This document shows, one piece after another, positions 38,401 through 47,332 of a DNA stretch of 64,000 bases. Origin of the DNA: Asterias rubens (taxonomy: Eukaryota); NCBI RefSeq assembly GCF_902459465.1, contig NC_047073.1:1550001-1614000 (forward strand), written 5' to 3'. A program made the position numbers and the translations under genes. A model generated the notes under the pieces. That model saw nothing but the letters and a program-made list of their open reading frames with translations, was not told the origin of the DNA and did no database searches. How positions within the stretch are numbered: the stretch's first letter is position 1; the number at the start of each line of letters is the position of its first letter.

Positions 38401-38628
38401 TTTTTTTTTAATAGTAAATGCGTGTAATGTCTTCATCAAAAAGTGTGCACAACATTTTGTGCAACCTGAATGAATGATTCTTAAATTGACTTGAAAATTA
38501 AGTTACAAATGAAAAACAAAATATTGCATTTTATATTTTCGTTTTATTTTGTTCAGGAGCAGTACGAGTTGATATACGAGGCCATACGGATGCATCTGGG
38601 CGCTGATGTCGTGTATGCAAACTTGTAG
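17402..38628 (+). CDS. Receptor-type protein tyrosine phosphatase with Tie-like ectodomain (signal-Ig-Ig-EGF x4-FN3 repeats-TM-PTP D1-PTP D2), 32 coding exons, ~1470 aa
   Basis: Exons 17402-17498, 18264-18557, 20133-20384, 21970-22101, 22546-22692, 23171-23311, 24435-24572, 24866-24919, 25291-25611, 26271-26386, 26543-26750, 27142-27244, 27496-27736, 28015-28054, 28396-28492 (or duplicate 28534-28630), 29024-29061, 29521-29858, 30020-30107, 30345-30421, 31048-31084, 31382-31479, 31950-32075, 32312-32463, 33669-33804, 34437-34586, 34929-35028, 35509-35585, 36628-36762, 37032-37157, 37702-37847, 38194-38329, 38557-38628. All GT-AG with consistent phases (4413 nt). D1 motifs: KNRY, DYVNAS, YIASQGP, DMWRMIW, KCEKYWP, WPD, VHCSTGIGRTG. 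D2 motif: IQCIDGEGASG. Confidence 0.92.
17587..18110. other. Assembly gap (524 N) in RPTP intron 1
   Basis: Run of N. The flanking exons join in phase 1, so no exon is required in the gap. Confidence 0.99.
19077..20203 (+). repeat. Tandem array of ~10 x 112 bp containing the 3' splice site and first ~70 nt of RPTP exon 3
   Basis: Exon-like starts after AG at 19121, 19233, 19345, 19457, 19569, 19681, 19796, 19910, 20021, and the real one at 20133. Confidence 0.95.
20595..20760 (-). mobile_element. tRNA-derived SINE-like element (same family; other copies ~43215-43360, 49920-50080, 56300-56423, 58690-58870, 63440-63590)
   Basis: GGGATTCGAACCCATGACCCTTGCAATTCTAGAGCAGTGTCTTACCAACTAGACCACCGAG is the reverse complement of the A/B-box tRNA-like head. 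Confidence 0.8.
21210..21537 (+). repeat. ~140-bp tandem repeat, ~2.3 copies (RPTP intron 3)
   Basis: AAACCCTTGGGACAAAGCAATTTGATTAGGGCAAGTTTTCCCTTT at 21210, 21351 and 21490. Confidence 0.9.
21650..21930 (+). mobile_element. Second tRNA-derived SINE family (other copy ~62245-62525; fragments ~16165 and ~31180)
   Basis: GTGGCCGAGCGG-type A box in the 62245 copy; GGTTCGAGTCC B box; shared body GCAAGACACTTAACTATAATTGCTTCTCTCCACC...CCCAGGGAGCTGAGATGGTTTAA. Confidence 0.78.
23363..23738. mobile_element. TTAA-flanked MITE, second subfamily
   Basis: TTAA-AGCCATTGGACCCT ... AGGGTCCAATGGCT-TTAA. Confidence 0.8.
28372..28658 (+). repeat. 138-bp tandem duplication containing the whole TM exon
   Basis: AATTGAG(A/T)AAT recurs at 28372, 28510 and 28648; the two units differ by a few substitutions. 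Confidence 0.95.
28534..28630 (+). CDS. Second copy of the RPTP transmembrane exon (alternative to 28396-28492)
   Basis: 138-bp tandem duplicate with intact AG acceptor and GT donor. Encodes VPQSASPPVAATVVPLVLIVLIGIGVAVVFIIR versus VPQSASPPVAAVVVPLMLIVLIGIGVAVIFIIR in copy A. Confidence 0.6.
30781..31073 (+). repeat. 146-bp tandem duplication of intron end plus start of RPTP exon 20
   Basis: Unit TGTTAAAAAAACAGTAC...CATTACAG|GGTTTCAATGAACCGAACAAATACA at 30781 and 30927. Confidence 0.92.
32487..32874. mobile_element. Full-length TTAA-flanked MITE, same family
   Basis: TTAAAGACATTGGAT ... GTGTCCACTGCCTTTAA, with internal hairpin TTGATTTCGAGACCTCA...TGAGGTCGCGAAATCAA. Confidence 0.8.
33820..34110 (+). 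repeat. Degenerate ~155-bp tandem duplication just after RPTP exon 24
   Basis: AATTTATCT.AGG.CATTTG...TTTTGTCCA.TGTTTTCTTGAA.TGT.CCC.AAACCA.AAATGAAACAA..ACATTGGAG occurs twice. Confidence 0.75.
35644..36333 (+). repeat. 61-bp minisatellite, ~11.5 copies, in RPTP intron 27
   Basis: CATCTGAAAGCTCACTGATTCTAAAGTTCATACCAGTACCAATCCTCCAGAGAAATATTTC recurs at 35655, 35716, 35777 ... 36326. Confidence 0.95.
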
Positions 38629-40629
38629 ACACCCCCCCTCCCGCCCCCGCCCCATCAACTTGTGGAAGCTGTTACCAAAACGATCAGTCAAGTAAAGATA
38701 GATAAGACGGTCAAACTAACTTTAATTGTTGTTATTTAACTGTCTTTTATGCAGCCGGAAAGTGCTTTAATTTTTGTGAGGGTGGTAATTGTTTCGACCG
38801 ATTTTGCTTGATAACTGAGGTTTTTTTTCCGTGCTGATGGGCAACGGGCTCGATTGACAGAGAAAATCTTTCTGGTCAAGAGGATGTTACACAAATAGTT
38901 TTGAAAATGTTGCGAATTTACTTTTAGAGAATTTTACTCCATTTTATTATTAGCCCACAGATTGGAAAATGTATGCAAATGTTGCACTTTTCCTTTAAAA
39001 TTTCTTTTAAATTTATAAATTTATTATTATTTTATGACCGAGTCACATGTGTTTTTTTATGTTGCAGAAATCGGGGGGAACAATCATAAAGTGAACGGGT
39101 TCATTTTAAAACAGGTGCCCGAATTGTAGGACTCTATTACAGGTTGGTTTTATGATATTGTGGTTAAAAAATGTGAATCAATTTATACGTACAAAATCAA
39201 AGGTTTAGATAGGAATACTAATGTTTAAACTAATAAATAGGTCATGCAATACTCAGACATTATTCAAACAATTTGTGAGCTTAGTCTTTAAGAAGGAAAC
39301 TCACTACACCCATTGTATAGGGTTGGAAGTTCGTACTCAGCAATATTAGACAATTCTAAAAGTATACTTTGTTCATTTCCTGCTTTTATCCCCATTGAGA
39401 ACCAATACCACAGACAATGTAAAATGAAAGTTATGCGATTGGTGTCGATCCTTGAGCAGCTAGATATTATTATATAGTAGCCATGTATTTTTTTATTTAG
39501 TATTTTTTTTTTTATTAAAGTAGGTTATAATAATGCCAAAAGTGTATAATACTACAAATACAATTTGATAAGATCAACTGTAAGCCAAGAGTACTTGAAA
39601 AAAAAATTGTATAATCAGAATCTGAAATAACGTTGAGTTTACTTTATTTTATTATACTCAGACATAATTACATTTACTTTTTGTTTAAATAGTCAGAACT
39701 TTTCAGAATAATACGAGTATAAAAATGTACGTGTTATTAGTTTATGGCAATGTAACTTAATAAAATGCAGATTGATTTTAAGGAACGCTGTAGTAGACCA
39801 TAACATATTATTTGCAAAGAGTCCGAACCTTTTGAGGGATCGATCTATCGGTTCTTCAAGCAGTGCCATATTGCTTAATGCCAACCTTGGCCAAATTGCA
39901 TGAAGCTGATAGCAGCAAATACTGCTAAGAACATTTTTAACAAAATATTGAAAGTCTCCCAGTGTCTTAAAAAGATATTAAATAAATTTGTTCGAACAAC
40001 TAAAGTTTTTTGTTTTTTTTGGCAGGTCAGCTGTTTTAAAATTGTTTACCCCCCCCCCCAAAAAAAAAAAGCAGAAAAAAGCACAGAACTCCAGATTGTG
40101 GCTTGTCATAATTTCATTAAATTAGTTGCAGACCACCAAAGAACTGTAATACACAGTTTTGCGCATGAATATTTGTCTATTGAGTGTGGCGCAATCACAG
40201 GGATCGATCACAAGCGCCCTATGTGCCAACATTTTGTTACGCCTGGAAAGCAAAGATTGTATATGTAGCATCTTTCTTTTTTCTCAAACCGAGTAATCAT
40301 TGTGATAATGAAAGGTCAAACCTTACAAACTTCATAAGCGTAGCCCTTCATTCAAGGGCGATTTGTTGGGTATCTGGGCTAGGGATAACCAGATTAGACA
40401 TGCTAGAAGAGATCAGAAGAAAGATTACCATGGCAACGTGACGCAGATACTATAGAAACATCAGATGCTGTTTATTAGTAGCAAACTGTTACCTGTTGGT
40501 ACCAAAGTAGACAAAGCGTTGCTCAGGCATGTTGGAGTTTTTATAACGATACCGTCAGTATTGTCACACTGTCGAGTTATTTCCACCAAAGTCTTGTTCG
40601 TATTTCTTGAATTCACTTTCATGTGAACC

Positions 40630-41370
40630 ATGAAGACCTTAATTTTACTATTCGCAGTTGCCTTTTATTCTGTGGTATCGAGCTGCAATAAAGGTTTGGT
40701 CTGCACCTCTGAGTGGGTAATGTTTGGAGAGTCATGCTACAAGTACGTGATGGAGAAAATGACTTTTGATGACGCAGTCATCAACTGTACCGCTATGAGC
40801 AGCCGCCTGGTAGTCCCTTCGTCACTCACAGAGCATCAGCTTATCTGGGACATGGTTAATAAAGTTGAAAGTGGTAAGGTCTGGGTTGGCTGCACTGATA
40901 AGAAGGAAGAAGACAAGTGGCTGCAGCCTGGTGAGGGAGGCGAAGAATGTAGTTACTTCAACTGGTCTCCAGGAGAACCAAATAATGCTGAAGGCGAACA
41001 TTGTGCGTTTATGAATGTTGATGTTAATGGCAGTTGGAACGATGGAAAATGTACCTGGCTGATCTACGTGGTCTGTCAGCGCCCTGCCGTCGCACCAACC
41101 ACCCCGCCAGTCAGTCTGTACTGCCTGCAAGCAGACACCAACGGCCGCTTCGCATCCCATTGCCTGACCGGTCATGTAATCAAGGAGTTACCGATCAAGG
41201 GCGTGGTCGCGTGTGGCTCAGCGTGCCGGGATGAGCCTCGATGCCACTCCTTCAATGTACGACTTGGCAGCAGCAAAGAGAAGATCTGTCAGCTCAATGA
41301 CGTCACTCGTGAAGATGCCGACAAAGAGGATATCCAGATTGATAGTTCTTGTTTTTATTTCAACAACTGA
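40630..41370 (+). CDS. Intronless secreted C-type lectin (EPN/WND, mannose/glucose-type) with C-terminal PAN/Apple-like domain, 246 aa
   Basis: Signal peptide MKTLILLFAVAFYSVVSS. CTLD motifs W..F..SCY, C......L, VWVGC, W.PGEPNN..EHC, WND..C, VCQ. PAVAPTTPP linker. Then C......C..AC..EPRCHSFN......CQLN, the PAN-type Cys pattern. Confidence 0.92.
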   Translation: MKTLILLFAVAFYSVVSSCNKGLVCTSEWVMFGESCYKYVMEKMTFDDAVINCTAMSSRLVVPSSLTEHQLIWDMVNKVESGKVWVGCTDKKEEDKWLQPGEGGEECSYFNWSPGEPNNAEGEHCAFMNVDVNGSWNDGKCTWLIYVVCQRPAVAPTTPPVSLYCLQADTNGRFASHCLTGHVIKELPIKGVVACGSACRDEPRCHSFNVRLGSSKEKICQLNDVTREDADKEDIQIDSSCFYFNN

Positions 41371-42539
41371 CAAAGTACAAATAGAACGGAGCGAATGAGA
41401 AACAGTCGGATTGACAGCGTAGTGAATTGACAATGGATTGCTGTATCGATTAATCTTTTTATTGATATCATTATTGGTTATTGACTGCCAGCTATAAATA
41501 TAAAAATGCAGTCGGGTGACGTGCTTTAAAATAATTGCCCTCCCCAATCCCGAAATAATTGCCTTCTTTCCCTTCACCATTAACAACTAATTTAAGCTTC
41601 ATGTTTTGACGTCATAACGTCTTTTAAATGAGCGGTGAAGATAAGTTTTCAAATGAGAATAACTTAACAATAATGTGAAGGCAACATGTCAGATTATAGA
41701 GTAAGGACAGAGACTCAGATGATGCAAGACTTGAGCATTACGCCCTATTTAAATTGCACGCAGAGGGCGCTATTTCGTCTTTACAGTTTCAGTTTAAGGC
41801 CCGTTTTGCACTCACGGCTTCGGCTCCGTCTTTCGGTATGTTAAACAGGCGGACGGATATCTCCTTTGTCTGAGAAACTCAAGTTTAATCTGTAACTTGT
41901 GTCTAAGCAAGTAATTGTACCAGTCATTGTTCAAATCTAACTTGCAATGGCTTATTGTAAGTGCCCCCCCCCCAAAAAAAAAAAAGGTTACACCCCTTGC
42001 ATCCCCTTCAATTTTACCCCTGGGTTGGTCTTACACATGAGATCCATTGGTATGATCAAAGGTTACAATTCTTATTTTGATTCCAGCAAAAGATTTTTCA
42101 AGTATTTCAGATAAAAATATGATTGTTTTCAAGACTGCAGTATATTTCTTGTTACATTTATGATTTTCAACACCTTGAAATTAAAACAGGTGGACCAAAG
42201 GCCAAAATCGATTCAATGTGCACAGTTAAAAGACAAAACATATAAATGGCTTTAAGATAAGTTTGAGGGAAGCGAAGGTCTGCAACCAACGATCATCATA
42301 AACATCAATCTTCAAAACGTTCATAAGCTTGAGGTTTAAAAAAAGAGCACGAGAAGAGCTCCCCCCCCCCCCCCCCCCCAACACCCCTTAACCTACTGCA
42401 AATAAATTATTATTAGTGGGAGATCGATCTCATGCTATTAAACAAGTTAACCAACTACAACAATGCAGGCGGATTTTAAATTCTTATTGTTTTTATTAAT
42501 TTTCTCTGTACAATAACAATAACTTTAAAAAACTTTCAT

Positions 42540-44770
42540 CTTATCTTTACTGTCAAAGTATATAATCAATGTATCCCAACATAAGCATAGAATAACAAAG
42601 CCTGTGAAAATTTTGACTTAAATTTGGTATTCGAAGTTGCAAGAGAATAACGGGGAAAAACACCCTGTTGCAGAAGTTGTGTGCGCTCAGATGCCTCAAA
42701 TTCTAAACTCAGCTGAGGTCTCTTATTCAATCAAAATATTTTAGTGAGAAATTACTTCTTTTTTTTCTCCAAAACGATGTTACTTCATAGGGGGCCGTTT
42801 TCTCACCATGTTTTATACTATCAACAGCTCTCCATTACTCATTACCAAGTAAATTTTTATGCTAATAATTATTTTGAGTAATAACCCAAAGTGTCCAGTG
42901 CCTTTAAACATTTGATTCTTATCTTATATAAATGTAGATAATTAAAACTAATATGTGAACATTTAATTTCTTACAGGTGATAGAATTTTGTATTTATCAT
43001 GGAAATTTTGAGCGGTTATGTCAGCGTATGAAGAATACATCGCTATTGGAATACACAATCTGAGAAGCGTTTTTGACAGTAACGGTTCTCAAATTCAAAT
43101 TTTGGGGAATACAAACTAAAACTTTTCCACATAACCGTAAGGAGTGATAGTAATTTTTACTTTTTATTTTATTTATTTTAACAAAACCTCCAAAAATGGA
43201 GTAGATGAAAAGACTTGTTGATAAGACACTGCTCTAGAATTGCAAGGGTCGTGGGTTCGAATCCCACCCGAGTAATATGCCTGTGATTTTGTTCACACAA
43301 TTTGGGTAAGTACTGAGTATACAGGGCTAACAGTGTATATGGGTAAAAACCAAACATAAATATGAAAATACAAATTATATACAATTCAAGGTACATAGAT
43401 TAGAATTCATGGAAACAGGATAACCATGACACTCATGGACGATCCCAAGTAGACCATATTAAAAAAGTATGAAACAAAAGGATTGTCAGGTTTAATTTCT
43501 GTCTGAAAGAAGGATAAACTAATAATGTAGTTAATAAGAAAAACATGCTTTCAAGCCACATTTCAAAAACTAGTACATATAAAAAAGCTGTGAACAATGT
43601 AAACATAGAAGCCTACCCACGTTGCAATAATTCAAAATTGATTTTTGAACAACTTGGTGTATCTCAACATTTGCATAAAACAATAAACTTGTAAAAATTT
43701 GAGCTCACCAAGTGAGAATACTAGTCTTTGACAATATTACCAAAGGTGTCCAGTGTCTTTAAAAATCCTTATTGAGTAAACTTTAAAGGCACTGGACACC
43801 TTTGGTAATTGTCTAAGACCAGTCTTTTCACTTGGTGTATCTCAACATGATTATGCATAAATAACAAACTTGTGAAAATTTGGACTCAATTGGTCATCAA
43901 AGTTGCGAGAAAATAATGGGGAAAAAACACCCTTAGCTCACAAGTTGTATGCTTTCTTTCAGATGCCTTGAATTGAGACCTCAGCCGAGGTCTCGAATTC
44001 AATTAAAATATTATACATCTTTTCTCCAAAACTATGTTACTTCAGGGGGTGCAGTTTCTCACAATGTTTTTCATTATCAACTGCTCTCCATTGCTCACTA
44101 CCAAGTAAGTTTTTATGCTAAGGGTCTTTTCCAAACCTCGTCATGGGCTCTGGCTGCGGCTTGCCAGCTCTGTTTGAGTTAGCTCAAGCCTGAAGCCAAA
44201 GCCAGAGCCCAAGCCGAGGTTTGGTAAAGGCCCTTAGCTTTGAATGACACGTACAGTCAATAGGGTGCCCTCATGGTCCAGCTGAGTTCACTTGAATAGT
44301 TCGCCTTGTGTGCAGAATCATCTGGCTAGACTCGACGCAGTCCTCCTTCAGCTGGTTGCACAGTTCAAAAAGTTCTTCAGCATCTGCATCAAAGTGTCGC
44401 AAAAACTGTGGGAGAGAATTTTTAATTTTGGATTACAAACAAACTATTGTTATGATTTTGTTAAGGGCTCCTAGGCACTGGACAGGTTTGGTAACTGTTT
44501 AAGACCAGTGTTTTCACTTGGTGTTGTCAAACATTTTGCATAAAAATAACAATATCTGCGACGATTTGGGCTCAGTTGGTCATTGAAACAAAATTTGATT
44601 GCTTTCAGATTTCTGAGAAAGCAGAAGGCCTGAAGTCTTTCTCAGATTCAAATATTTTAGTGAGAAGTAGAAACTACCTCTTTCGCAAAAACTTTTACTT
44701 CAGAGGGAGTTATTTCTCATGTTGTATACTTTCAAAAGCTCTCAATTGCTCGTATAACCATTAAATTTGT
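42540..44770. mobile_element. Cluster of MITE copies (~42540-42906, 43650-43765, 43785-44115, 44475-44770)
   Basis: TTAAAGGCACTGGACACC / GTGTCCAGTGCCTTTAA termini and shared internal sequence. Confidence 0.72.
44117..44238. mobile_element. Small palindromic MITE inserted into another MITE
   Basis: GCTAAGGGTCTTTTCCAAACCTCG ... CGAGGTTTGGTAAAGGCCCTTAGC, interrupting the host MITE at ...TTTTATGCTA. Confidence 0.7.
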
Positions 44771-45082
44771 TTTATGCTCGTATATATTTTGATTATATAG
44801 ACCATGTGAGCTATGTTTACAATAAGTGCGACCTAGTACATTCTTTGGCTAGTCTGGCAGGCAAGATACTGAACTACCCTGGTCATATGGGAAAGTTTAA
44901 GTGTTGTGTAATAATTTCCACATAAATCCAAGAGTTATGAAAGTAAAGCTGGAAAAGTTTTGTGATGTGCCCCCTTTCATCATATCAAAAATTGATAAAA
45001 ATTGGACAGTGCAATTTCCATAAAATATAAGATTTTATGTTTTCTTCCATTAGGCTGTGTATAAATCTTGCCTGCAGGAAGT

Positions 45083-45261
45083 CCAGGGGTGGATTTCACA
45101 AAGGTAGTCCTAACTTAGGACTAGTCCTAGGCAATGCTAAGAGATAGGACCAGTCCTAAGTTAGGATGAGTTACTAGTCCTAACTTAGGACCAGTCCTAT
45201 CTCTTAGCATTGCTTAGGACTAGTCTTAAGTTAGAACTACCTTTGTGAAATCCACCCCTGG
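45083..45261. mobile_element. Near-perfect 179-bp palindromic (foldback) MITE
   Basis: CCAGGGGTGGATTTCACAAAGGTAGTCCTAACTTAGGACTAG ... CTAGTCTTAAGTTAGAACTACCTTTGTGAAATCCACCCCTGG. Confidence 0.85.
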
Positions 45262-45589
45262 CTTGGTGGCTCTTTTGTAAACATTTCAGTCTAACAACCC
45301 AGATCACACAAATCCTTCAATTGCTGCATGCAGGCACACAGCACTTTTGACAAATGTTACAGAGCAGTGATTTTTTTAGCTGTGGATCTTCTTCGTTCAA
45401 AAACGTAGCTCCAGTTTTAATGAAGACTCCACATATTGGATGGCTGTTTTTTTTTTTTATTGAAGAATGAAAACTAAACTAAGAATGAATGTGCATTCAA
45501 AGTTTGAAGATTTCAACCTTCAATGGTGATTGATTTGGGATCCCCTTCATCTCTTACCAAAACTTGGAGATGAATTTCAAAGAAAATGT

Positions 45590-45706
45590 TTAAGGGACAC
45601 GTTGCCTTGGATTGGGCGAGTGCCGAGTTGGTCGTTTCATAACAAACAGGTTTCAAACGCTTATCAACGACCAACTTGAACATATCCAAAGCAACGTGTC
45701 CCTTAA
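45590..45706. mobile_element. Short TTAA-flanked MITE
   Basis: TTAA-GGGACACGTTGC ... GCAACGTGTCCC-TTAA; a related end occurs at ~61585-61603. Confidence 0.75.
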
Positions 45707-46602
45707 CAAATCTTTTCAAAGTTTCTTACCATGCGGTCTGTTGTTGACTTGTTGATGTTTCCTTCACCATGCCTGTTGCAACAACTCCAGCTGTAGGCTA
45801 CTCACCACCGCACACAAGACTCGGCTGAAAAGAAGAGAAAACAAAACTAAGGGTGAGAGTCATTGCCAACAAAAAGGCCTGAAACTGGGTTACAAATTCT
45901 AAGGTTGGTTTGAAATGATGGCATTTCCACCTTTTGGTAAATCAATGAGTTATAGTTTTAGAGGAGCTTTTTGAACAGTGTCCGCAGCACTAGAGAATTT
46001 GATCAAACATCAAGATTTCTTTATGATGGAAAAAATACTGTCTGGTTTTCTTCACTAGGTCAACATAAAAAGTCTGAATTCAAATAAAAGACTGAAAATC
46101 TCATCCCTGACAAGCTTTCGATCAATTAATGGTTTCTCTGCATTGATAGTTCTAAGACAAGCTGAATATTGTTTCAAGAATGTGCCATTGTTCTTATTTG
46201 CAGAAACACACATGATACCTCTAACTCTTATAATTTATTTTGATGATGGCTTACTCGCTGGTAGATTGGTTGTAAGTCATTGTTTTAATGACTCGCAAAT
46301 AGTAAACAAACAAAAAATTGCTGATATTGTAACCATAAAAGTAGACTTTATGTTCTAATCCGGTTCTTTCCGAGATGTTCAAAAATTTGTGTATATTTCT
46401 CGAAGCTTGTTTGTTCAAATTAACTGGAAAGTTCCTTTGTTTGTTTGTTTGAATGATCTTTCCATCAAGGAAACTCGGCAAACTCCCACAAAGGGATATA
46501 AACATGCACAAGCTGGCAAAAGCCAATCTCTCTCATACAAACATTGGTTTAATGTCTATGATTATGAGTTGCACAAACCAAGAAATTGTGATTCAGCAAC
46601 TA

Positions 46603-46817
46603 GACGACAATAATTATTCTAGTCATTGTGAAATCAGTGGTTAGCTGGGGGATTCGAACCAACAACCTTGTGATTGCAAGTCCTGCAGTCTAACCACTGG
46701 ACCCCGGTGACGACAATACTTATTCTTGTCATTGTGAAATCAGTGGTTAGCTGGGGGATTCGAACCCACAACCTTGTGATTGCAAGTCCTGCAGTCTAAC
46801 CACTTGACCACGGTGAC
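46603..46817 (-). mobile_element. Tandem pair (106-bp period) of tRNA-like (TGC anticodon-like) SINE heads
   Basis: The reverse strand reads GGTCCAGTGGTTAGACTGCAGGACTTGCAATCACAAGGTTG.GGTTCGAATCCCC, twice. Confidence 0.7.
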
Positions 46818-47239
46818 CAGAAAGACTATCATGCAGTGGTCAAATGAAGTCAAATTACCATAAGATTACCTTGATACCAAAACTGTCACCAGCTACTTGT
46901 TCCAGAGTTGTCAGCAATGCGCACATTAACCTCTCACAACATTCTCTTCAGAAGAATGGACACTGTGAAAACCAAAAACAGATTAAATAGCCTTGGCTGG
47001 AGATGTCGGTGTGTAGACTAGCTCGCCATGTTCAGAATAAACTGCATAGCTGGAAGAAAAACATTAAAAACAATGTTAGCGTTTGACACAATAGTAAGCT
47101 AAAGTGGGGTTCTGATACCTTACCAAACTGTTCTCATCGGTGTCCAAGAGATGCTACCATCAAGGCACAATAACTTCTGTGGGAAAAACAAAAACAAAGT
47201 TAAAGCCAGTTGATAAAACGTAAAAAGCTGCAGGTGGAG

Positions 47240-47332
47240 GGAAAGGTTGTTAGAAGCTCTGGAGATAAAAGGTTGTTAGAAGCTGTGGAGTAAAACGGTT
47301 GTTAGAAGCTGTGGAGTTAAACGGTTGTTAAT
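47240..47332 (+). repeat. ~23-24 bp tandem repeat, ~4 copies
   Basis: GGTTGTTAGAAGCTGTGGAG unit. Confidence 0.8.

Noticed and set aside
40822-41586. Minus-strand ORFs over the lectin gene (also 54968-55213 and 60976-61894 on the plus strand over CFAP57)
   Set aside because: Antisense shadows of real coding exons.
46603-46817. Possible tRNA-Ala(TGC) genes
   Set aside because: They have A/B boxes and a TGC loop, but I could not form a 7-bp acceptor stem, the two copies differ, and similar heads are dispersed as SINE-like repeats. tRNAscan-SE would settle it.
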